A DNA stretch of 56,632 nt from a virus (taxonomy: Duplodnaviria; Caudoviricetes), in the IMG/VR virus record IMGVR_UViG_3300005613_003813, positions 1-56,632 of that record; one strand, 5' to 3'. Each line of letters starts with the position of its first letter. Position 1 is the stretch's first letter. A program made the translations under genes and the position numbers. The notes under the pieces were generated by a model. The model saw only the letters and a program-made list of their open reading frames with translations, ran no database searches and had not been told where the DNA came from. Shown piece after piece: positions 19,176 to 27,361 of the stretch.

Positions 19176-19822
19176 TTTGCCACCTCCTCAGTTTTAATCT
19201 TATGTACCCAAATAGTCGTGGCAACCCCAGGCACGCTTAGTGTTGTAAAGTCATTTCCACAAAGCCGATCCACCGCGCAAGTCACATCCGAACGGGCCAA
19301 CTCTCCCTCTGGCCCCTCTCGATTACCGTGATCGTGACCAGAGATGGTTCCCCCCGGCTTAATCTTTTTTGCGTAGTAGTAAATGTCATCGTCAATCACC
19401 GGATAGTTGTGGTTGCCGTCAATAAAACAAAAATCAAACGCCCCATCCGGCAGATACTTACGGATTTCCTGCGAGTTCCCCCTCAAAACAGCTACCGGTA
19501 AACCCCGCACATTTTCCCAGCAAATCTTAAAAAAGTCGGAATCGGAGACTGCCTCAGAGTAATTGTTTGTGTTGTTCGGTTTGTTCTTATACGAGTCTGG
19601 ATCCTCTACCCCCGCAAAGGTATCAATCGTGTAGAGAACCGCCCCCTTTTCTTTACAAACCGTGCCCAAAACATAAGTTGAGCGCCCTTTCCAAGCGCCG
19701 ATCTCAATTGCCCGCCCACCAGAAGGGATACTCTCCCAAGCCAAATCCCAAAGGCAATCCAAGTCGGCCCTAGTCATAAACCCCTGAATCTTTAATGCCT
19801 GTTCAATCGTCTTTTCCTTCAT
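19172..19822 (-). CDS. Class I SAM-dependent methyltransferase (Methyltransf_24-like)
   Basis: IEIGAWKGRST, FCFIDGNHxY, KPGG..SGHD. Confidence 0.9.
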   Translation of the reverse strand: MKEKTIEQALKIQGFMTRADLDCLWDLAWESIPSGGRAIEIGAWKGRSTYVLGTVCKEKGAVLYTIDTFAGVEDPDSYKNKPNNTNNYSEAVSDSDFFKICWENVRGLPVAVLRGNSQEIRKYLPDGAFDFCFIDGNHNYPVIDDDIYYYAKKIKPGGTISGHDHGNREGPEGELARSDVTCAVDRLCGNDFTTLSVPGVATTIWVHKIKTEEVAK

Positions 19823-20441
19823 AGAACTTAAAATCCTCCTTCCGCGGTCGGTAAAAGCAAGTCAAACCCCGCGGCGTCGCAAAATGGAACGGCCGCAACC
19901 TGTCCTCTTTGACTAACTTGATGATTTCCTTTGGCAGTTTTCCGAACGGCCAACCAAACCCCAACTCCTTGTTCTCTACCTGGCACATCCCCCCACCTAA
20001 ATCGTGAATCATTACTATTCCCCCGTCTTTTAGATTCTTTTCAAACTTTAGAAGCTCCTCAAATCTAATCTGCGGTTCGGTATCTAAAAGGATAATGTCA
20101 TACAGGTGCTGCGCGGCAAACTCCAATGAGTTCTCAATGTAGAACGTAATAAACTTCTCCAACCCCAACTCTGCCCACCTTTCCCTAGCTGTGTTCAAGT
20201 GCTGACCTTCCCACTCAATTGTATCCAAATGCCCAAAATCGTTTTCTTTCAAAGCCGCCGCCATATAGGAAGATGCTATCCCTTGGTGTGTGCCTGTTTC
20301 ACATATCCTTTCTGGTTTCATCATTCTAACCAACCCGTAAAGGAACTCACCCACCTCCAATTCCACACCCCCCGTGTTATTGCACACATATCTAGCGTCC
20401 GTTGGTTCCTGAATCTTACTCAACTTATCTGTAACCCACAT
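19803..20441 (-). CDS. Class I SAM-dependent methyltransferase
   Basis: ICETGTHQG, YDIILLD, LKDGGIVMIHD. Confidence 0.85.
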   Translation of the reverse strand: MWVTDKLSKIQEPTDARYVCNNTGGVELEVGEFLYGLVRMMKPERICETGTHQGIASSYMAAALKENDFGHLDTIEWEGQHLNTARERWAELGLEKFITFYIENSLEFAAQHLYDIILLDTEPQIRFEELLKFEKNLKDGGIVMIHDLGGGMCQVENKELGFGWPFGKLPKEIIKLVKEDRLRPFHFATPRGLTCFYRPRKEDFKFYEGKDD

Positions 20442-20444
20442 TAT

Positions 20445-21038
20445 TTATTTCCTCACCCACAACGACTGCTGCCCGTCGTATAAAAGATGCCAACCCTTCT
20501 TGAAAAGAAACTCCTTTGCCAGCCTGGTCTTTCCCCCACCGGGAAGATCGTTATCATCCAAAAGAACCACCGCCTTGGGGGCTAGATTTGGATACGCCAG
20601 CTTCAACTCCCTCAACTGGTGTTCCTGACAAGGCCCGACCGGCCCCTCCTCTGGTGTCAACGGGTAGTCCATCGTGTCCAGGTAAAGAAGATCAATCCTC
20701 TCGTCGAGCCCCTTTAGAAACTCCAGCGAGTCCATTTCAATGTGAGTAATACTACCCGCCCACGACTCCGTAATTATTTTACAGGCCTCAATGTGCGGCG
20801 GGTAGTTGTCAACAGTATAAATCTTACCCCCGTATTTGCCAACTACCTCAGCAAAGAGAAGGGTTCCCATCCCCGCTCCCCAATCATCCGGAGCCTTGGT
20901 CGTCCCCAGCTCAACGATCGTGTGCCCATGTCGCTGAAGAAACAGATTCAAGGCCAGCTTAAAGGTTACATACCGCCCGCCGGACTTCTCCTTATACTTT
21001 TCCTCAAACCAACCCCCGACCTGTAAGAAATCTTTCAT
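20445..21038 (-). CDS. Class I SAM-dependent methyltransferase
   Basis: IVELGT, DSLEFL, IDLLYLD, VVLLDD. Confidence 0.85.
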   Translation of the reverse strand: MKDFLQVGGWFEEKYKEKSGGRYVTFKLALNLFLQRHGHTIVELGTTKAPDDWGAGMGTLLFAEVVGKYGGKIYTVDNYPPHIEACKIITESWAGSITHIEMDSLEFLKGLDERIDLLYLDTMDYPLTPEEGPVGPCQEHQLRELKLAYPNLAPKAVVLLDDNDLPGGGKTRLAKEFLFKKGWHLLYDGQQSLWVRK

Positions 21039-21042
21039 AACT

Positions 21043-22107
21043 TTACAAACCTTCTAAGAATTCAGCCCACTGTTTTTTAATCCCCGCCTTCCCAAAAACC
21101 TCAATCGCTTTTTCCCGACCGGCGTCGCCGATCTTCCTGGCCAGCGCGCCGTCCTCTAAGAGCACCCCGACATACTTCTGTAACTCCTCAATCGTCTCCC
21201 CAACAAACCCCGTCACCCCGTTCTCAATCAACTCCGGCACCTCATAGGTATCTTGGTCAGGAAACTCCCGATAGAAACTCTTACCCAACGCTACTATAGG
21301 TATCCCTGTCATCCACGCCTCCATAAAATTCAAAACGTACGAGGCGGGTTGCGTGCCCGTAAAAAAGTATACCCGACTAGCCCTCAGCTCCTTTTTCAAG
21401 TCCTCAAAGCTCAGCTGTCCCCCAATAAGCCCACTTGCCTCGTTCCCTGGACCAAACAGCCGCCGCTCAAAAGGTCTGGTTGCTTCCTCAAAAGCCCCGA
21501 AGTTCAGGGATGTTCCCCGCTGTTTCATTGACTGCGCTATCGTTATCACCCGCTTCTCTATCCCGTTCCAGTCTTTGAACTCATTGGGGTCTTTATAAAA
21601 TCTAATTATTGCGTCGCCACCTACATACCCCGGAATAGTCTCCTCTTTAGGAGAGTAGCGAACAATCTTCAAACCGTCGTCACGGAAATTCTGCAAAGCC
21701 ACCTCCGTCGTCTCGTTTGACTGCCCTATGCTCCGCCAAACAACCGGTTTCTTTTTCAACCTTTCCCAATTGTTACCGGTCAGCCCGCCCGAAGTTGCCG
21801 GGGTTGCCCCTAGCCAGGGTTGGGGGTGGTCAATTACTTGAACCCTAGAATTGTGCATCATTACAACTATGTCTGCCCAATCCACCAACTGCGGGTGGAT
21901 ATTTTCTTTGGAACACTGGAGATAGATGGCGTGTAAATCGGGATGAACCCTTGCCCCCTTAATTGCCGGCCTGGTTATCCCCGCGTGGGCCGGGTTGCTG
22001 TACGCGCCCATAGAGTAAACGTCGTACCCCATCTCTGCAAAGAGAGAGACCTCGTCGTGCTCCAGAATTTCGTGCTAATGGCACGAGAGGTAAAGTATTT
22101 TCCTCAC
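21043..22107 (-). CDS. GT4 (GT-B) glycosyltransferase with an in-frame TAG at codon 11
   Basis: FMEAWMTGIPIV, ELIENGVTGF; GGAGGTGG SD and GTG at 22107 give MRKILYLSCH*HEILEHDEV, in frame with the ORF-track start at 22032. Confidence 0.8.
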
Positions 22108-22242
22108 GTGCTCACCACCTCCTTCGTAGTCTTACGACTAGCCTCCTCAGAGGACTTTACAAACCTAGTAAGAAACTTGTTCCAACCTTTCCATCCATAA
22201 CTATCTGTTCCTCGATGACATACTTTACAATAGGAAATGTTT

Positions 22243-23406
22243 TCATTTCGGCCACTTCAGTCCTTTCTTCCGTTCAATATTAATCTGTTTCTGAATATCC
22301 CGCAACCGGTCCTTCATGTACCGCCCCACCTGCTCAAAAGAAAAGTTTTGGTGAACAAAACTACAGCCCCGCGCCCCGATCTCCTTTGCCTCCTTCTGAT
22401 TCTCGAAAACCCAACGCATCTTCTTCCTCAACTCCCCAACCGACGGATTCGCCCACATCTGCTCAGTCCCGTACCACGGCGCAAACTCCATCCCGAAAAC
22501 ATTAACCAGGTCCGGAGTCAGGGGAAGGTAGCACTCCTTAGTAAACCAATCGTGGACGCCACCATAATTAGTAGCAATCACGGGCTTACCAAAACCCGAG
22601 GCCTCTACCATCGGAATACCCCAACCCTCACCACGGTGCGGCAACACAAAACAATCCCCCGTCTGGTGAATTCGGAAAACATCCTTCTTATCTAGCAACC
22701 CCACGTGGACAAAAATATCCGCGGGGTTCTTATTAGCCGCGCTGTTCTTCCACTCCCAAATCTTAGCCACAATATCCTGCATCTCCCCCGATGTAAAGTG
22801 CTCCCGGTAGGTTTTAAGCAAAAGCCCCACATTCTCATCAGACGAAAACTCCTCTAAGAACGCTTTAACCAGCGCTTCGGGGTTCTTCCTTTGGATCCAT
22901 TGAAAGATAGAATAAAAAAGGTAGCCGTTAAAGCCACCACGGAGCTTGAAGTTGTTATATCTTTTATTAAACATTTCGGTATCAATTGGTTCGGGGAAGA
23001 TATAGATCGGTCTGGTCACGCCCGATTTCAAAAAGGCCTGTTTGTTGTGCTCGCTCCCTGTCCAAATCTCATCCATTAGGTTACAGTTCCAAACCCAGAG
23101 CGGAGACATCCTATCCGTTTCCCAAAACAGGTGGCCGATGTGGTACTTACAGGGCTCCATATACTTCATGTAACCATCACAGGGAACGTGAACAATTCTA
23201 ATATCGTAGGGAATATCTCGCCCCTCAAGCTCCCTAACGAGCTTGTAAGCGTCACCAAAGTAGTTAGTATCATTATTACTGTAGGAGACAATCTCGGTTA
23301 CTACATCGACCCCTGCCGCGTTCAGGGCGCAAACAAAGTTACGGTTGGCTTCCCCATACCCACTAGGATCTACAAGGGGACCAACATATTTACAAGCCGC
23401 CCTCAT
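22243..23406 (-). CDS. GT4 glycosyltransferase
   Basis: SGYG, RKNP, FVLPHRGEGWGIPMVEA..GKPVIATNYGG. Confidence 0.92.
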   Translation of the reverse strand: MRAACKYVGPLVDPSGYGEANRNFVCALNAAGVDVVTEIVSYSNNDTNYFGDAYKLVRELEGRDIPYDIRIVHVPCDGYMKYMEPCKYHIGHLFWETDRMSPLWVWNCNLMDEIWTGSEHNKQAFLKSGVTRPIYIFPEPIDTEMFNKRYNNFKLRGGFNGYLFYSIFQWIQRKNPEALVKAFLEEFSSDENVGLLLKTYREHFTSGEMQDIVAKIWEWKNSAANKNPADIFVHVGLLDKKDVFRIHQTGDCFVLPHRGEGWGIPMVEASGFGKPVIATNYGGVHDWFTKECYLPLTPDLVNVFGMEFAPWYGTEQMWANPSVGELRKKMRWVFENQKEAKEIGARGCSFVHQNFSFEQVGRYMKDRLRDIQKQINIERKKGLKWPK

Positions 23407-23621
23407 ACCCGAACGACCTCCAAAATATCCTTCTCGCCCACGGGAACCTCCTTTAGTTTTTTCGCTATGCGCGGAACCCGCGCCCGGCGATCAAAGATCG
23501 GATTGTAATCTCCAGTCATCCCCTCAGGCTTCCGCACCCACCCCTTTTTCAAAAATGTCTGTACGTTTTCGTCAGCAATTGGTCGCGCGCGACCGTCAAA
23601 ACCAATCATATGAACTGTCAT
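23403..23621 (-). CDS. Hypothetical protein
   Basis: Translationally coupled to both neighbours. Confidence 0.55.
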   Translation of the reverse strand: MTVHMIGFDGRARPIADENVQTFLKKGWVRKPEGMTGDYNPIFDRRARVPRIAKKLKEVPVGEKDILEVVRV

Positions 23622-23920
23622 TTGTGCAACCTCCTAACAATCAACCAAGGATAGGACCGCCCATCCTTTTTTGAAACTCGTTTAACCATTAAAGTATCTG
23701 CGCCCTTTTCCTCCAGCCACTTGTAAAGGCATTTAGGTATAGATGCCCGGTACTTGACTTCCCAGCGCTCCCCGCTAACCCAATCTTCCCTACTAACCCC
23801 CAGGTCTGGGCTCTTTGGGTCCTCCGCTTGCCAAGTTACCTCATATCCCAGGTTCTCCAAGAGTTTCCGTGCCTTGTATTCACCAATATAGCCCTTCTGT
23901 CTTGACTTCCTACCGCTCAT
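23618..23920 (-). CDS. PD-(D/E)xK Holliday junction resolvase-like nuclease
   Basis: SRQKG..GE, PDL, WEVK; start refined to MSGRKS. Confidence 0.75.
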   Translation of the reverse strand: MSGRKSRQKGYIGEYKARKLLENLGYEVTWQAEDPKSPDLGVSREDWVSGERWEVKYRASIPKCLYKWLEEKGADTLMVKRVSKKDGRSYPWLIVRRLHK

Positions 23921-24104
23921 TTTTCCTCCACCACTTCCCATACTTCTTTTTCCTTCGTTCGTATTGTGCCTTTTGTCTACAGGTCCCCGAGCAGTATTTC
24001 ATATTGTCCCACTGTCTCTGAGTCCTCATGCCATAGTCCCCCCGTGTAAACCGCTTTAAGCAGTTTGGGCAAATCTTACTTGGGTCAGTTTCGCCATTAC
24101 TCAT
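23910..24104 (-). CDS. Small Zn-finger protein
   Basis: CPNC...KYCSGTC. Confidence 0.6.
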   Translation of the reverse strand: MSNGETDPSKICPNCLKRFTRGDYGMRTQRQWDNMKYCSGTCRQKAQYERRKKKYGKWWRKNER

Positions 24105-24251
24105 CCCGCTACTCCATTTCTACCTACCGAAATTAAACCAAGGATACCAACCGCCCCTATAAGAACGATAGTTAAACAAATAACTACAAACGCTTGAATT
24201 AGGTTCATCTAATACCTATCAACAAACTCACAAATTATTACAAACACATTG

Positions 24252-24806
24252 TCATTGTTTTTCCTCAACCCTAACCTCTATTACCCCCCTACTTGTTGGT
24301 GCCAACTCTTCAAACGCCCCCCGCGATAAATCGATCACTCTTCCTAGTTTTTCGAACGCCCCCGTATCCGTCACCACAATATCCACACACCTTCCCGTGT
24401 CCACAGCGCAAACGCGAAGCCGATCCCCACAGCCGTGGCGAAGAGAAGCAGCAGTAAACTCATCAGGATTAAAAACATCCCCACACGCAGTAGTCCGTCC
24501 AGCAAACGCCTCCCCGTACCAGCTTGCCGCCCCTGTATATGATGTTTCGCTATATAATCCAGCTGCATCAGGTCGTAATGGTTTAAATTGTTCGGCTTTG
24601 ATTTTGAAAATAGTGATTGTATTCGCATAGTTTACTCCTCGAGAAGTGTTAGCAGTAGCAACACAAAGATTACCCCAAGTGGTACAAGTATTACTAACGT
24701 AAGAATGTCCATAACCAATTACCGCCCTTCTCCGTAGGACTACAACTGCCAAAAATATCAAGCCCAACGCCCAGATGATTAAGGTCAACCGCCTCGAGCC
24801 AAGCAT
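24252..24806 (-). CDS. Membrane-anchored RlpA-like (double-psi beta-barrel) lytic transglycosylase
   Basis: N-terminal TM helix; GAASWYG, RTTACG, FTAA, VTDTG, RVIDLSRGAF. Confidence 0.88.
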   Translation of the reverse strand: MLGSRRLTLIIWALGLIFLAVVVLRRRAVIGYGHSYVSNTCTTWGNLCVATANTSRGVNYANTITIFKIKAEQFKPLRPDAAGLYSETSYTGAASWYGEAFAGRTTACGDVFNPDEFTAASLRHGCGDRLRVCAVDTGRCVDIVVTDTGAFEKLGRVIDLSRGAFEELAPTSRGVIEVRVEEKQ

Positions 24807-24809
24807 AAA

Positions 24810-24975
24810 CTCTGCAAAGCGTGCAGATTAGGTAGGGTAAGTCAAAAAGTGACTTAGAGGTACCAGAAAGGAGGTGAACCCCAAAGGGTACCTACCCTAC
24901 CAAACCTACGCGCTTTGCAGAGGATGCTAGAGGAGGCATTGACCACACTGCCCCCGTGGTCAACTTCCTCTAGCA
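24810..24975 (-). ncRNA. Candidate structured RNA (long three-way-junction hairpin plus a second hairpin)
   Basis: Nested complementary stems read directly from the sequence; see findings. Confidence 0.55.
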
Positions 24976-24982
24976 ACCCCTA

Positions 24983-25627
24983 CTAATCGGTATGTATTAT
25001 TAAATTGTAAAGGTCCGCCGTAATCACCGGATAAAGTTTATCACCTTTGGCAAACTTCTTCACCTGGTTAGCGATCAGCCCCCCAATGACTGCCGTATTG
25101 TAGACCACGCTCCGTTCGGTACAAGGACCGTTTTCCACATCCGCCGGAGGGACCAACGTCGTAAGAAACTGACTCGGACTTTTTACCGTATAAATCTCGA
25201 TCTGTTCTCCCCCCATCCGACCGTCAATCAGAAGTTTCCAAAATCCTCCAGATAACCCCGCCTTCCCCAATTCCCATCGTACGGCCATCGAATCTACTGC
25301 CAAAATCACAATTCCTCCCAGTGGCTCCGATGAGTAGTGCCGCGGCACCGCAATAATATCCACCCCAGCAAATTTCTTAATGTGCCCGGCCAACGCCTCG
25401 GCCTTATTCCTCCCTACGTCTTCTTCCGCGTAGAATTGGGAGGGTAGATTGTGCCCCTCAACTTTGTCCCCGTCAAAGACGGTAATGGCTCGGCAGCCGA
25501 TTTTACTAAGGTATAAGGCGGCCCAAGATCCGATTCCTCCAACTCCAATGATGGTGATTGGTTCGAGGAGCGCTTCGGGTAGGACGATGCTTTCTTGTCT
25601 TTTGAACTTTTCTTCTTCTTTCCCCAT
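24983..25627 (-). CDS. E1-like (ThiF/MoeB family) ubiquitin-like activating enzyme
   Basis: GVGGIG, DGDKVEGHNLPSQ, KAEAL, AVDS, IDGR, putative catalytic GPCT; no Zn-binding CxxC pairs. Confidence 0.92.
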   Translation of the reverse strand: MGKEEEKFKRQESIVLPEALLEPITIIGVGGIGSWAALYLSKIGCRAITVFDGDKVEGHNLPSQFYAEEDVGRNKAEALAGHIKKFAGVDIIAVPRHYSSEPLGGIVILAVDSMAVRWELGKAGLSGGFWKLLIDGRMGGEQIEIYTVKSPSQFLTTLVPPADVENGPCTERSVVYNTAVIGGLIANQVKKFAKGDKLYPVITADLYNLIIHTD

Positions 25628-26136
25628 CCGAATCGGAACTTCACCTCCTTTACCTTCTCTTTCATCTCAGCATCACACCACTCCAAAATTGCGTCGTTCT
25701 CCGATGAGTAAAGCCAAGGTAACTTATCAAAGGTCAACCGAGAGGGCTCAAAAACATCTACACGACAGAGCAGGTCTATCTCGTCACCGCCCTTAGAAGC
25801 TACAATAGAAAGAACCCACGGCATATTCATCTCTTCAATAGTTGTATCGTCGGTCAGACTCCAAAAAGCGTTCATATTCCCGTGAGAGTGCCACCAAATG
25901 TTCCAATCGGCTGGGTTCTCGCCCTTCTCAATTAAGTCTTGAAGAAAGTCGCTAACCGCATCTTCCTCAATGATCGTCGAAGCCGACGAAACCCGCTGCT
26001 CAAGGACAATAATATCCTTCACGAAAATACTCTCGCCGGTGACTTCTGTCCGACCAAAGCCGCTAACCTCTCCCGTCGCCAGGCTTACAAAGTATTTAAT
26101 TTTTAAGAACGCCTCGTTTGTAAAATGAATTTTCAT
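25414..26136 (-). CDS. JAB/JAMM metallopeptidase (deubiquitinase-like)
   Basis: GEVSG...WWHSHGNMNAFWSLTD (E..HxH..S..D); start refined to MKIHF; the last 214 nt overlap the E1 gene. Confidence 0.88.
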   Translation of the reverse strand: MKIHFTNEAFLKIKYFVSLATGEVSGFGRTEVTGESIFVKDIIVLEQRVSSASTIIEEDAVSDFLQDLIEKGENPADWNIWWHSHGNMNAFWSLTDDTTIEEMNMPWVLSIVASKGGDEIDLLCRVDVFEPSRLTFDKLPWLYSSENDAILEWCDAEMKEKVKEVKFRFGWGKKKKSSKDKKASSYPKRSSNQSPSLELEESDLGPPYTLVKSAAEPLPSLTGTKLRGTIYPPNSTRKKT

Positions 26137-26138
26137 TA

Positions 26139-26774
26139 TTACCCAGTCATCATATTTGCATTTGCCCCTTCGGTCCACGTGGTCCCCACCGTTTGCCAAT
26201 TTTGCGCATAAGAGAGCCCCTCTGGGGAACGCCCCGGCCCCGTTCTAGCACTAGGAACCGTAAGAATCTCCCCGTCACCTATCCAAAACCCAGACAGTTC
26301 GAGAGACTCCGAAACCTCTGGAACCTCATCAGCCCCCCTCAGAGCTCTCTTTTTCCGACCTGTAATCAGATCCTCCCTCTCATCTCCAGAGAGTGGGTCC
26401 GTGTGCGCTTCCCACTTATAGGGGTGTATCCGGGGGTCCTCCTCACTCCAAGTCTCCAAGTACTCAAAGGCTGTATCGACCAAAAGGGAAAGATTACCCT
26501 CCCGGTACAATCTCTCAATGACTCTCCCAAAGTCCCCCCAACAAGCCTGACCATGTTCCTGCGTAACACAGGGGTGGCTGTAACCGCCGCGGCGACCGTG
26601 CGCCACCTGGGTAAGGTTAAAAAACCTAATCTCTTGGCAACTGGAATTCGGGATCTCTACCAAAAAGCGACCCAAGGTAATCCGACTTCTCCCGTCGGCC
26701 ATCTCTAATTCTTTTGTAAAAAGTGCTAATGTGTTACCCCAGACCTCAACTTTCTCAAGCGGATACTCCTTCAA
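26139..26774 (-). CDS. E2-like conjugating domain (probably the C-terminal part of a coiled-coil-E2 fusion)
   Basis: HPCV...GQACWG resembles the E2 HPN...C active-site motif; position between Ubl and JAB. Confidence 0.7.
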   Translation of the reverse strand: MKEYPLEKVEVWGNTLALFTKELEMADGRSRITLGRFLVEIPNSSCQEIRFFNLTQVAHGRRGGYSHPCVTQEHGQACWGDFGRVIERLYREGNLSLLVDTAFEYLETWSEEDPRIHPYKWEAHTDPLSGDEREDLITGRKKRALRGADEVPEVSESLELSGFWIGDGEILTVPSARTGPGRSPEGLSYAQNWQTVGTTWTEGANANMMTG

Positions 26775-27073
26775 CTCCTGAACAAACTCCTTAACCCTTG
26801 CCTCGACGTACTTTTTTTTTTTTTTCTCTGCTCCTTCAATTCGGCGACGCCCTTATCTATCTCCTCCAAACGCTTCTTTTCCGCTTTTAACTTATCTTCG
26901 TAGACCTTTACCTGCCGCCTCGAGGACTCCACGTAAGACTTTGCCGATTCCAAGTCCTTCTCAGCCACATCTACACGATGCGCCTGTTTGTTCTTTTTTC
27001 CTTCGGCCACTGCTAACTCCTTGTTAAGGAATTTCCGGTAGTAGCCTACTAATTTCTCAAAAGTTATTTTCAT
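26771..27073 (-). CDS. Coiled-coil protein (N-terminal part of the E2, separated by an A14 tract)
   Basis: Heptad-rich charged sequence; the -1 frame after the A14 run continues without a stop into the E2 ORF. Confidence 0.65.
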   Translation of the reverse strand: MKITFEKLVGYYRKFLNKELAVAEGKKNKQAHRVDVAEKDLESAKSYVESSRRQVKVYEDKLKAEKKRLEEIDKGVAELKEQRKKKKSTSRQGLRSLFRS

Positions 27074-27113
27074 CGGTATAGTAGTCTCCCCCCTTTAGTG
27101 TTCCCCTCCTTTT

Positions 27114-27332
27114 CTAGCGTCCACCCTCCTTGCGTCCGGTAACAGTAATCAAATCCCCATCTTTAAGATCTACATCCTCAAAATCTCTGCGAACCTTTTT
27201 CCTGTTCACCCGAACGACATCGCTTCGCGTGGAACTCATCCCCGCTAAATCCAATGCGTCCTCCAAGGAGAACTCGTCATCGACCGTGTACTCTTTGGTT
27301 TGGGCACCCAACCTACCAATCTTTATCTGCAC
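27114..27332 (-). CDS. Ubiquitin-like (beta-grasp) protein, 72 aa, ending GG-R
   Basis: GTG start behind a GGGGGTGA SD gives MQIKIG...VRVN...LKDGDLITVTGRKEGGR. Confidence 0.85.
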   Translation of the reverse strand: MQIKIGRLGAQTKEYTVDDEFSLEDALDLAGMSSTRSDVVRVNRKKVRRDFEDVDLKDGDLITVTGRKEGGR

Positions 27333-27361
27333 CTTTTTCACCCCCTTCCACGGGTCTAAAA

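Noticed and set aside
19172-21038. DNA methyltransferases of a restriction-modification system
   Set aside because: They lack DPPY/NPPY or PC catalytic motifs, resemble small-molecule or sugar O-methyltransferases, and sit among glycosyltransferases.
14294-23674. Numerous plus-strand ORFs of 60-160 aa opposite the glycan cluster (and similar ones opposite the structural genes)
   Set aside because: They lie antisense to well-supported minus-strand genes and show no recognisable motifs.
24983-27332. ThiF/ThiS sulfur-carrier pathway for cofactor synthesis
   Set aside because: No thiamine, molybdopterin or cysteine-synthesis genes are nearby, and an E2-like gene lies within the operon.
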